In this document: piece after piece, positions 31,942-44,700 of the stretch
How the letters are laid out: each line of letters opens with the position of its first letter
Position numbering within the stretch: position 1 is the first letter of the stretch
Origin: Diplonema japonicum
Taxonomy: Eukaryota > Protista > Euglenozoa: Diplonemea
Reading direction: 5' to 3'
DNA: 64,000 nucleotides
Assembly: GCA_964019335.1 (NCBI GenBank)
Contig: OZ025707.1
Span: forward strand, 186,001 to 250,000
Notes under the pieces: generated by a model
The model's input: the letters and a program-made list of their open reading frames with translations, nothing else
Databases searched by the model: none
Told to the model about the DNA's origin: nothing
Program-made: the position numbers and the translations under genes

Positions 31942-32220
31942 GGTGGGGATAACATGGAAATATAAGAAGTACATCAGATGTGTTGTTCGCTGTTGACCTC
32001 CTCGTCGGTCATCACCGGTAGCGCCCGAGTGGAAGAACATAATGCAGATGCTCAGGGTGACGAACAGGCAGCAAACTGCACGAGCGCAGAATCTTGGTTA
32101 CCCGGGACGCACCGGCTGGGGTTGAGCTGTACACCGCACGCATTAAGGACACGACGCGGAACGCAGAAGAAGCTACAACTCGGCCGCGGCGCCCCCTGTA
32201 ATCAAGTAGACAGTTCTTGT
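31942..32220 (-). mobile_element. SINE-like interspersed repeat, copy B
   Basis: Matches 24078-24360; long T-tract immediately to its left. Confidence 0.65.
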
Positions 32221-32528
32221 GCAGGGCGCCGCCAACACCGGCCTCCTTTAACTCATATATTTTTTTTTACTCTCTCCCAGGCTCTCTTTTTTTTTTTTTT
32301 TAAATGTGGAACACACCCTTGCCCCCCCCCCCCCCCCTTTGCAAAAATATGTCTTATTCCATATCCTTATAGAGTACCTCCAGATAATCCTCTTTTTTTT
32401 TTTGCCTCTCAACAAAGCAAGCAAGCTCAAAACTAGTTTCTTCACTCCGAGAGGGGGGGGGGGGGGGGGGGGGTCTTTTATTATTTTTTTTCTTGGACTT
32501 TCTCAGACCACTGGTCAGGAGAGGGCAG

Positions 32529-32559
<31 letters not shown>

Positions 32560-32825
32560 GAGGTTCTGTTATACATTTTGATGTTTTTTTTTTTTTTCTC
32601 CTTAAGCTGGACGGTCCGACGTCAGAGGTGGCAAAGCAAGCTGTATGGGTACGATCACAGGAAGAATATCCGTGAGGCGGAAATGCCCTGCATGGAATCG
32701 TTCCGAAGGGAGCTGATGAGGATGCTAAGGAACGGGCGAGGATGACCCAGGGCGTATCTCAAGAGGAGTGCGAGGCTACACGGAGAGCCCGATTAGTGTG
32801 AATTGATGCACACTTAAACTTTATC

Positions 32826-32859
<34 letters not shown>

Positions 32860-32983
32860 CCTGATATGTTTGTTCTTCGTTATTATTATTTTTTTTTTTT
32901 TTTTTTCTCTTCAGATTTAAGGACGTTAAGACTGTTATTGAAAAAAACATCCCGAGGAGCGGAGGTGGGGGGGGAAAAAAAAA

Positions 32984-33413
32984 ATGAAGGGTGAAGAAAG
33001 ATCTATTGACCAGGAGCTTGCGGTGGTGACGGGGTGCATCGAGAAAGTAATCACGCCATCGCTGCAGTACCAACATAACAAGGTGGGTGAGTGGATAAAA
33101 ACTATCGTGGAAAATTGCATGCAAGAGCTTATGCAGCATAAAATGCAGAGAAAGTACATAGGTATTTATTTCCAGGAGAGGGAAAAAAGAAAAAAGAAAA
33201 AAAAAAAAAAAAAAAAGTTCATTGTACCATTCTTCAGAAGAGTGGCGCCGGGCTTCATACGAATACTTGTTGTTACTGGGACAACACGAGTGATGGTATG
33301 CAGAAAAAAAAAAAGAGAGAAAAAAAACCCCCCCTACAAAAGGATATTTCACGCACAAAACGGAAAATAAAAATATGATCTGCGTGACGACTGTTTACGG
33401 CCTAGCGCTTTGA
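32984..33413 (+). CDS. DYNLT1: Dynein light chain Tctex-type, 108 aa, three exons (32984-33161, 33218-33295, 33343-33413)
   Basis: Splicing GT-AG introns 33162-33217 and 33296-33342 gives ...YQHNKVGEW...RKYIVHCTILQKSGAGLHTNTCCYWDNTSDGYFTHKTENKNMICVTTVYGLAL*, matching the Tctex-1 family. Confidence 0.92.
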
Positions 33414-33564
33414 TCCTTTTCTTTTTTTTTTTTAAATTTCTTTTTTTGAAAAAAAAAAAGGAAGAAATGCGGGAGCAGTGTATCTTTTTTTTTTTTTTTT
33501 TTAGTTCTCCCCACACGTTATCCCGTTTTCCTCCTCTCCTTCCCCCTTCCCCTTTCTCCACTTT

Positions 33565-33607
<43 letters not shown>

Positions 33608-33705
33608 TTTAAATTGTTGCATGATAAAGTCCTGATCTAAATAAGCACAAAAAAAAAAAAGTGATGGGGTATTTTTCGGTCTGAAAAAAAAAAAAAAAAA
33701 AAAAA

Positions 33706-33822
33706 ATGGGAGTGAAAAATCTAATGCTGATGGTGCTCAGCTTCATCGTGGGCTCGGCGCTCACCATGCTATTCTCAGGATTCTTCATCTTGAACAAAAC
33801 AGGCACGGCCATGGGGGCCATC

Positions 33823-33894
<72 letters not shown>

Positions 33895-35214
33895 CTTGTT
33901 GTCTTGCCGACCTCCCGACATCATCAGCTACAGCAACAACCACCTATGTCTAAGAACCCCGAAACTCAATCACCTGGAAAACACATGTCCTTCTCTCGCT
34001 TATTGAACAAAGGTGGTCTCCACATGGACCCGGAGGAGTTTCTCCCGTGGACCGCGAACACCGACCCGAACCCAAAACAAAGCACCGCAAAATGCATGAA
34101 AGTTGGAATGCAACAAAAATGCCACTTCAGAAATATCATGGTGGTCAACAACACGTTTCACCTCCACGGGAGCAAATCTGATATAGGTCAGTACCCAGAC
34201 ACTATATACCCGGCAGATGGGCTGGTTGAAAAGCTTAAGCAATATCATCACTACGAGGGGCACAGGATAAAAAGGGTGACATCTGCGGGGAATTTTTGCG
34301 AACGAATCGTGTCGCGGCCGACAATTTTCGTTTTCAGGATGTCGGGACATAGTACTTATCATTTGTGGGAGAACAATTTGGGGCCTTTTTATCAAACGCT
34401 GCAGCAGTTCACCGCGTTAAAGTCGGACCTCAACGACCCGAAAAAACTGATGGTCGCATTCGTCGATTTAAAACCGGTTACAGGGCCGAAAGCTCCGTAT
34501 CTGTTGGACACGTTATTGCAGTCGTTTACGGATTTACCATTGATAAATGCGAGCAGGATTTTCAGGCGAACTTGCTTTTCCAACGGTATTGTTGGTGTAG
34601 CCAGCTCATCGTTCGAGCATTTCAAACTTCTAAACAGTATGCGGTTACACGTTGCGGGGCATTTACCGAAACCCTTGCCCAAAACCCCGCATGTTCTATT
34701 CATCTCGCGCAACCATGCATCTGTCATCCGCGGTCGAAAAATTTCAAACGAATTAGAGGTCATTGCCGCTGTAAACGAAACCGTTTTAACAATGACGGGG
34801 CAGCCTGTAGAATACATCCACATGCAGGACCTGAAAACATATCAAGACCAGGTTAAGAAGACGATGGGTAGTCAGATTATAATAGGGCCTCACGGTGGCG
34901 GGATCGCGAATTGCATCTGGATGCAGAAAGGGTGTGTTGTCATGGAAATGGCAGCCCCCGCCGGAAAAACCCTCTTCGAGCTCTACCATTCTATGTGTAA
35001 AAAATCTGCTATTTCGCACTTGTCTTTTGTGGCCGAGCCTGATCCTGGGGATGTTGGGGTGTGTGTAAATACTTTTTTTTTTTTTTTTATATAATTGCAC
35101 GCGCAGCTCTCCGCATCGGCTTTCAACAACAACAAGAGGCTGTACTCGAACCTGATGATTCCTGTTGAGAAAATGAAGGAGCAAACCAAGAGAGCGGTCG
35201 ACACGTATTTTAAG
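33706..35214 (+). CDS. Glycosyltransferase family 61-like type II membrane protein; intron 35059-35106, probable second intron from 35215, 3' end unresolved
   Basis: N-terminal TM helix, poly-Asn stem, LFISR..RKISNELEV, IIIGPHGGGIANCIWM..G..VMEM; 48-nt GTGTGT..GCAG intron removes an in-frame stop. Confidence 0.8.
33823..33893 (+). repeat. (AAC)n microsatellite encoding poly-Asn
   Basis: About 24 Asn codons in frame. Confidence 0.95.
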
Positions 35215-35710
35215 GTGTGTAGGGGAAGAAGAAGAAAAAAAAAAGAAAAAAAACAGAACTACGAGAAAAGCCAGAAATGAAGAGAGGGTGTGGGGGAAGA
35301 GGCTATTATTAGTTGAAAACATCTTCCCCGTTAATTTTTTCTTTTTTTTTTTGTTTTCTCCCTTCAAAAAAAAAAAAAAAAAAAAAAAAAAAACGCGCAC
35401 ATACACCAACAACTACAGGCGGAGGGCGGTGGGGGCGGGAAGGGACAAAAAAAAGTCCGGCAAAAAAAAAAGAAGAAAAAGAAAAGGGGCTTGCCCCTCG
35501 CGAAAAAGATAAAAAAAAAAGAAAAAGAAGAAGGAAACAAAAAAGAAAAACCTTTTAAATACACAACACACACACACACACACACACACAACCTGCTACA
35601 TAAGCATCTTCGATAAATTTTGATAACTCCTTCGGGAGAGCAGAGGTGTTCGCGAGCAAATAAAACAAGAAGAAAAAAAAAAAAAAAAAAGAAGAAGAAA
35701 AGAAAAAGAA

Positions 35711-38700
35711 ATGTCAGTACTACACACCCCTCAAAGTATGTTCTTGCTAGCATGCCTGCTGTTGATGACAGAGGTACAAACTGCAAGCGGAGGATGCAGC
35801 CAGCAAGGCCTGCGCCGTGCAACGGGCGCGATACCCCACAACGATGTTAAACATCTTGCGAAGGAGGCGTTTGGGAAAAAACCGAGCGAGCTGCAAGAAA
35901 GAGGAATCCCCTGCGAAGGATGCAGCCAATCCACCGGCGACTCGAAAATTTTCAAACCGCTAAAAGTACATATCATAAGCTTACTAGACAACCCGCTCCA
36001 CGCGTGCCAATCACAAGGCTCCACAATACCACTCTCTCACGACCCCCAACAAGGTGCTACAACCCCCCGGGGACTCGAGACAACAGACAACGGTGTTTCC
36101 TACACCTGCCCGGAAGCATGGGTAATGAACAAAGCAAAGAAAGACGCATTACTGAGAGCGGTCTCGACGGCGGTGACACGCATCCGTAGCACAATAACAC
36201 CCGTGAGGTGGAGTGAAGAAGAAGCAGTGGTCGAACTTCCTACAGCATCGGCAAACTGCAGTGCGACAGGACATCACGCAGCCCTGTCGGACCTTCCCTT
36301 CCCCGCTGATGGTGTTGAAGCCGATCTCGTTCTTTACGTTGCGGCGATGCCGGTTCTCTGGGCCGACGGGAACCAGAAGCAGATTGACATCAATGCTGCA
36401 GGGTGGGCCTGCCATTATTCGCTCCCAACCTACCGTCCGAACGTGGGGTTTCTCACCTTCCACCCTTCGCAGGTGTTTGTTGAAACTTCCGAGTCGCATT
36501 ACATGTCAAGCGTTGCTCTTCACGAGCTTGTTCAAATCCTCGGTTGGTCGCACGACCTTGCCGAACAATCCAAGTACATCCAATGGAGCACCGACCGGAC
36601 GTCGTTCACATCCCTCCCCCGCATGACCGTCACACGGGACCGGTCTAACAAGAAGAGTTATGATACCGATGTTGTTCGTGAAAGGCTCTCCTTCTTAAGT
36701 GATGTATCGTTCCATAACTACCCAGGGGTCGAACCGGGTATTGAGGGGTTTCAAGGTTGGCAGACCACATCGCCTGTTGGTACGCCTGACAAGATCACAT
36801 TGGTCACGACGCCCACTGTCGTGCAGAAGGCGAGGGAGCACTTTGGATGTGAGGATCTTCAGGGTCTTGAGATTGAGGACTACACCTTCAACGCCATGGA
36901 GAAGAAGGCAAACTTCAACAACTTCCCCGCTGCTTTCACTATGTTCTGGGAAAAGCGTGTCCTAAACGGCGAGGTCATGAACATGAAGGTGGAGGCGAAC
37001 GCTGCCCTTTCCGTTCTCACCATAGCCTTTCTTCAGGACACCGGGTACTACCGCGCGGACTTCTCCGCTGCCGAACCTCTTTCCTACGGAAAGGGTGCTG
37101 GCTGCTGGTTGCCAAACGAGCACTGTTCGAAGTGGCCGTCCACCTACCAATGCTACATCCACAACAGCTATGCTAACCCCACCACGGGATCTACCCAGTG
37201 CCTCCTTGATAGGACAGCGGTGGCGATGTGCAACGGGGTGCTTCCTACATCATTCCTTAACCCTCCCCGTGTACCCAGGGAGTACATCCACGCTGACACA
37301 TGGCTCAGCAAAAAGGGTGACCCGCAGCCCATCTACGCCACGAGCAGTCTCGACGAATACTTCTGGGAACAGATGGCGCGTGCTGCCGGAGGCTGTGATG
37401 CGATGATGGACTACTGCCCTGTGTGGCAGCAGACGTCTGTGGCTCAGGGTTGCCTTGACTCGCGCAACATGAACGGCAACAACGAGGACTGCAGCAAAGG
37501 CAGCTGTTCGCTGTACAGCGAGGCAGGTGACTCTTCAAGGTGCTTCGTCGGCGACGTTACCACAAGCACGCTGAGCGCACCGCGAGGTAGGTGCCTGCGC
37601 ACCGCCTGTGTCGCAAGCGGCTCCGGATCGCACATCCTTGAAGTGTCGGTTGGCAACAACATCGTGGAGTGCACGGCTGCGGGGAAGGTCAACCTGGGGA
37701 AATCTGCCGCGCCCTTCACAGGGTCCATCATGTGCCCCGATCCAAACGAGTTTTGCGGGAACTCAATGAACTCGGAGGGCGGTGTGATGCTGACAGACGT
37801 GGGCCCTGTGCAAGAACCGCACATCACAAAGGTCGGTGAAGCGCGTGACTTTTGGATCCGAGCGCAGAAGGCAGGCGAAGCGTACGAGGGAAAGGACGAG
37901 ATTGTCATGTGCGTGGTGGCAGGAGAAGCTGCAAAGATAGACGTGACCACAAAAGGCGCAACATGTCAACAACTGGTGGACTACGACCTGACCAGCAGGG
38001 AATGCCCGGGACTCTCGGTTGATGACCAACCTAAGACCGCAAGTGAATGCTACGCCGCATGCTGTGCAGACTCGAAATGCGCTGCATGGCAATGGAAGAT
38101 TACTGGTGTCTGCGTCCGTGGCGAGTCCAGCTCCAGCTGTGTTGCAGGGGGCGCCGACGTTTCCGCAGGTGCGCGGATATCCCACACCGTGACCGCCGAG
38201 CCACCCAAAGGGGCACTGCTTCCTGGCGAGAGCTGCAAGGCGAAGTACGTCACACGTCTGGGCTTCGACATCGACCCTTCACATGAGGGCTTTGCAAAGT
38301 TCACTGCAACGTTCACCTCGTTGAGCGCTAAACTAGTGTTCTACGGAAACGGGAAGGGCTTTGCGAACGTTGTGACGAAGGACATTGCTGTGATGCCCGG
38401 CGCTCCTGCGAGGGCTTCCATCAGCGCGCCATCGGCGGGCAGTGCGGTGCGCAACGGGGAGCCGTTCACCGTTGTAGTCGATATCACAGACATGTTGGGG
38501 AACCCTACGAACGGGAAGCTACGAGGTGCTAGGTGCCCGTGGGGTGCACCTGCCGATGTGCTGGACTCCAACATCGACAAAGACGCGACGCTATCTGTCG
38601 ATGGGGACTGCTTCAAGTACTACAGCACGCCGATGACAAGAGAGGGCGCTGCGGCAAAGTGTAACGCTGAGGGCGGCACCTTAGCAGGTATCGGTAGCGA

Positions 38701-41700
38701 CGGGGTCGAGAACCTTCTTAGCTTCCACGGAGGTGACGAGTGGTGGACGGGCTTGAAAGCATTAGGACGCGGGCTGCCTCTCATGGTCGAGTGGGACTCC
38801 GGGACCAGCACAGAGTGGTTCGATACGAGGTACGGAGACCCTTTCTCATCGTCGTACAAACCAGGCTCGTTCGCCAAAGGATGCTGCTTCGGGTTGTGGA
38901 AGTCCACCCACTTCGGACACCACAAGACACACTACTACGAGGAAAGCCCTGACATCGATAAGTGCATTTCGTACGACGCCAGCGGTGACCATCCCTTCAT
39001 GGCAGACTGCTACCGTGAGCTGCCGTTCTTCTGCCAGTTCAAGCCGTCGGTGAAGGTGATGCTCTCCAGCGAAGATTCCAACATCGTCACGGCGGAGCCC
39101 GTCTCCATCACAGGGACGAAGGCCATCTTCAGGAACGTTCGTGTCTCACGCAACGCGCCTTTCTCGTCAAACCAGCACGCGGAGACTTTCAAGCTTAGTG
39201 TTTCGACCAATGCACCGCAGGCCATCACAAGTGAGAAGAAGGACTTCGTCTTCTCGGCAGGTGAGGTTTCTGTTCTACGTACGTCTATCCAGACAGCATC
39301 CGGACCCGTAACACGCGAGACAGTGCAAGCAGGGGGCAGTTTCGTCGTCGTTGTGAACACACAGGACAGGGCCGGAAGCTTTGTTCCCTGGTCTGAGCCC
39401 ATCAGAGTCACCGTGAAGTACGCCAACGGCGAGGACGCCACCACTGCAAGCACAACATGTACCAGCCAGCGTGAGGGTCAGTGCGTGTGGGAGGTGTCGG
39501 GCTTCAAGAAAACAGGAATCTTGGACATCAAAACAACATCGGGTGAGCTGACCCCTAAACCCAGTTCAGTGCGTGTCGAGATTATCGCGGGACCGCCCTG
39601 CAAGCTGGAGCCCATCTCATGCCCGAGCACAGGAAAGTTCGGCGTGGCGTTGGGCACCGCAAGCTTCCAGATCGTCGACTGCCACGGAAACAAAGTGTGC
39701 AACAGCTCTGCCGCTCAGGAAGTGTCCCTCTCTGGCAGTGCCAAGGAACCGCTGAAGACCACCTTCGACACAAACTGCAACGGTGTCACGACACCATCCG
39801 CATGCTGCACAGGACTCACCGGCCAAGGACAGCCAACCTGCGAAGGTGCGGGTTGTGTGTGGGGGTCCGCCTACAACGACCAGAAACAGTGCCCTACAAA
39901 CACCTGCTGCTACTCAAGGAACGGTGCCGACCTGTTGCCTCTAAGAGGGGGTATCAAAGAAGAGGCCGCCAAACTATGCTTCCCGAACAAGTACGGTGTT
40001 CTTTACGAAAGCAAAGCACAGCCTAGGACGGAGCTGGGTAACTGCGCTGACTCAGAGCCGTCTGACTTCGAGGACTGGTTTACGTTCACCCCCACACGGG
40101 AGGGGAAGCTGGTGCTCACGCTTGAAGGGAAGTCTGTGGCGATCACCGACGCAAACGCATACACGAACATCGGCGAGGTGTGCGCCCCCGTGGCGCCCCT
40201 TACAGGATCCACCGCGCAATACGACTCATACGTGTGGAACAACGCGCAGTACTGCGATAGGGGCGTCACCCACTTGTTCGACGCTGCCAAATGCACCGAC
40301 ACCAGTATGACGTCAGACTTATGTGAGCAGAGGTGCACCGATGCAGGGAGTAACGGTGCTAGTCCGTGCATCGGGTTCCAGTACTCGACCTTGCTGGAGG
40401 AGAACAAAGTTGGCATGAGCGTGGATGTCTTATCCGCCGCCGTGCAGCGCACTGGTTGTCCTAATGTTAATCGTGCTTGGAACCCCTCCGCACTGGGATG
40501 GGGGGATGCCAGCGAGGGTGAAATTCTGATAGACATGTACCAGGCTTGCACTAACGTGTTGACCAACGCCGCCAGCGACAGGGAGAACGAGATATGCTGC
40601 GGGAGGGACTCTGCAGGGAGCCTTTTGACGTGCGCTGTTACGCAATGTACGTTCTTGCAGACGATGAGGAAAACGTCCTGCCCGGCTGCCTATCCGTATG
40701 CTTACGTTATCAGCAACGTTGAGCGGTGCTGCTCGGACGACCTGATGAACACCGCGATCACCGCACGCACCTGTACTGTGGGGAACTCCGTGAAGTGCAG
40801 CGCTGTCAGCGACACAAAAGGCAGTTGGACAATCACTGTTACAACGAACATCGCAGCTGAACCGATCCTGACCGCGTCCTTCTGGGGGACAAAGGCGAAC
40901 ACCCCGAGTGCATCTTGGATTACCGAAGTCAACGATGCATCATGCACGGCGACAGGAAAGGCGTGGCACATCGTCTCAGGCAGCTCGAGCCTTGCACGCC
41001 TCATGTGCAAGCAGACCGCCTCTGACAGCTTGACAATCGCAACAACACAATTCGGGTCACAGTCCAAATACCCCAAGCGTGACTTCCTTGGGTGCTACGA
41101 TGCGACGGACGCGAGCATCACGTGGACCGCGCTTCTTCTTCATGAGAAGGTGTCCGATTGCTCCGCTGTGTGCCGTGGATACAACCTGTGGTCCATGGGT
41201 TGCCCGAGGGCAGACGGGACGTTTGAATGCCGCTGCGGTACTGGCACACTCCCCACACCCCCTCACGAGCCGTACAAGTGCTGGGGGTCGGAGACAACTG
41301 ACCAATGCGACGGTGGTGTCGAGCAGGGCAGCGACGGTGTCATCTATGGTGCAGGCGGTGACTCCAATGTGATCGCTGTCTACGGTGCAAACATTGACGA
41401 CAGCATCAGAGGCAGTGTGCCGTGCGTTGACTTCTACGCCTTTGACGAGCACAGGTGTGAGCTGTTCATGGAAGGCCATGACGTTGCTGACTCACTGCTC
41501 ACGACTGCTGCGTACACTGATTTCGAACGTGGCAACCGACAGAATGAGAACTCGCTCGTCAACGTGCTCAAGACTGCCACCCCTGCACCTGACTCCCTCG
41601 GGACCTCCACATGTTGGAAAAAGGGCTTCGCGTACCAACAGAAGAAAGCAACGTACAGCATGAACGTCTTCGGCCCTGCACAGAAGGATGCCGACATGTC

Positions 41701-44700
41701 ATTAAGCGCGCTGTGGACATGCGCCTCACCAAACGGCGAGGGGCTGAAATGGGAAGGCAATGTCGAGGTGGGGCAGTGGTACACAATGAAGGTAAACGCC
41801 CTTGAAATAGCGACAAGCTGGGCGGGGCGGCCGCAATTTATCGTCCAACAGGAGTACTCAGGGTCCAGCGGCATTAGCTCCGACGATGCTCTTATCGGTT
41901 GCAGCTCCTCGACTCAAGACAATGGTGAAGACACCGGCAAGGAGTGCACACCGGGTTCCCCATGCGTTCCTTCGTGCGGCATTGTCGAGTTCAAAGGCGC
42001 TGTGCTAGAAAGCCAGGCAACGTGCTCCGAGATGACCCTCCAGCTGTCGGCCTCATCACCTAATCTACAGGAACCGGGCAGCTGCAACATTGCAATGGGG
42101 TGCGTTGAATTCAGCTTGGCCACTCCGCGAGAGATCACAGCAGGGCAGCCTGTTGCCGCGTCTGATATATCTTTCAGTGTTATTTCCTCTGGAATTCCGG
42201 TGGGCAGCACGGACCCTTTGCAGCTGATGGTGACCAACAATGCCAGGGTGGGGTGGAACCTACGAGTCGTCGACTGCAACAGTAATGTGATTAAGACGTG
42301 GAGCAGTTCTTCCGACACACTCGCGTCGCCGACATGGCAGTCAAGCTCACTGGCGACACCACCTCAGTGGGGGCCCTCTGGGTACACGGGCACCTGCGAC
42401 GAGCTTGTGTTCGTATTGTCTTCACCCACGCATCCTGTGAACGAGGCTCGAAACACAGTAAGCGTCGTCACTTCACCTCCTAAAGAGGTTGTGGCCGTGA
42501 AGGGGCTACCCTCGTGCTACGAGGCATGCGACCCCACAGTTCTGTTTGGCTGCGATGAGCTGAAGTGGTCTGTTGAGTTGCGTTCAGAAGAAGGTGCGCG
42601 TGTGACGACAGACGCCGGCAAGAACGTACCGTGCACAGCTACTATTCAGCACAAGAACCCCAGCACCGGACTGTGGGAGGCGTCAAACTTCGTGACAGGA
42701 GCAGCAACCGCCGTGACGAGCAACGGTGTTGCTTCCTTCAGTGCTTCGTACACCAAGGTAGGGAGCATCAAGGTCACCACCACCTGCCTCTGCTACGACT
42801 GTGGTGCAGGAGCTACCTTGGAAGAGGTCACAGACGTTGTTGCTGCGGAGCCTGTTGCTTTGAAGTGCGCAAAGTCGCCTGAAAAGGCGGTGCTGGCAAT
42901 GGACCCCTTCGTTGTGCAGGCTCAGGTGCTCGACGCCTACGGCAATGCCATCGGTGCAAAGGCACAGGGCATGGAGCTTGAGCTCACAGCAGAGGTCTCT
43001 TCAGGGGCGTTAACAGGTGAGCGCATTGCCAATCTGGGCACGACGGGCGAGGTGGTCTGGTCCAACCTGAAACTGAACAAGGTTGCTTCTATAAGGCTGC
43101 AGATTGCTGTGCGGTTACCTGCTGACGTCCCAAAGGCCTTCTCCTTCGAGGGGTGCTACAACGACTTTGCCGCGCACCCGCTGGTCAACGAGAAGAACTG
43201 CGATCGCAAAGTGACGCTCACTTCCATGACACCCGAGATGTGTTCCGAAGAATGCCAACGATACCCTACATTTGCTCTAACAAGCTCGAGCCCCGGCACT
43301 CCAGCCTCGGTGTGCATGTGCTTCACTGATGATGTGGTTACTGCTAAGTACGGCCGCGCTGAAGAGTCCAATTGCATATCTGGTTGTGAGGGCGATCTGC
43401 AGGCTGTGTGTGGCTCGATGCCCAACACCGATGCCAGGTACCTCGCCGTGTACAGGAGGGACAAAGCGTACCCTCTGCCGCTCCTTGCAGCGCAGTGTCC
43501 GGTGTTTAAGGTGTACCCGAACAGCCCATCGGCCCTCCGTCTGGTGAAGGAACCCTGTACTGATGATGGCATGGCTACTTACCTTGGAAGGTGCAACCAA
43601 GACACACATGCCGGAGTATGCCCAGAAGCTGCTGTCGGTCAGAGTCTCACTTATGCGGTGGACGTGGTCGATGCTGGGGGGAACCTCGCAGACATCAGCG
43701 GGGAGTACACCCACTTTGGCGTTAAGAGCGAACTCATCAGCGACTGCAAATCGAAGATAAGTGCAACGGAAGGTAAGGATGGGAAGGTGACCGCAAATCT
43801 ACAAAGTTGCAACCTTGAAGCTCCCAAGAACCCTTTGGTCAGCCTTGCGCTGGTGTCCACAGGCGATGTAACGAGCTTCATGGGTGGGGGTTCTAAGTCT
43901 TACGCGGAAAACGCAAAGGTGACGTTCAGCGTTGTGCACACCAAGACAGAATGCATATCCGTGAAGGCTGTTGCTGACGGGCTGCTCGACTCGAAGGTGT
44001 CGAACGAGGTCTGCTTCCATGCAGGCCCCATCGCTTCTATTGAGATCAAGGGAGCGCCTGTCAGCGTTGCAGCCCACAGCCCTTTCCCACCCACTGTGGC
44101 GACCGCACGGGATACCTATGGAAACCTCGTAAAGTGGAGCAGTGCTAGGCTGCACATCGAACCATATGACGAGGGTGCTGAGGAAGGTGCTGACTCGGAG
44201 TGCATGTACAACGGACGTGCTAGATCCACGAACAGCTTGAGCCACGTAGGGAAGCAAGCCCCCGACGGAAGCTACGACAGCGAGGCCTACAGCCCTGTTG
44301 CTTTCCTCTCCGAGGGTGAGGCGGTCTTTGGTGGGTTCACCTACGCTGCGCTTGAACCTGGGTTCAGCACAACCTGCTTGAGGCTGCTTGTCCGCTTGAA
44401 ACGCGAAGCGGCAGTTCCACAAGTCTACAGCTGCAGCGCTGCTGTCTCTTCGGAGCTGATCACGAAGCTTTCCATCCCAGAGGAAGCGTACACTACTGTG
44501 GAGGCTAAGTCGGACAGGATAGTTATCACGGGCAACAAGCTGACATTCACGTCCCAGACAAGTATCATCAAGGTTCGTGCTGGCGAGCTGTTCAATGTTG
44601 AAGTGTCGCCGACCCTTGCGTCTGGCGTGAATTGCTGGATGCAACCTGCAAGCTGCGACTTCAGCTTCAAAGTTCTAATGGAACAGCAAAGTGGACCGGG

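Noticed and set aside
32600-32800. CTGATGAG suggesting a hammerhead ribozyme
   Set aside because: No properly placed GAAA core or supporting stems; the segment may be a decayed retro fragment (LHGIVPK) but evidence is too thin.
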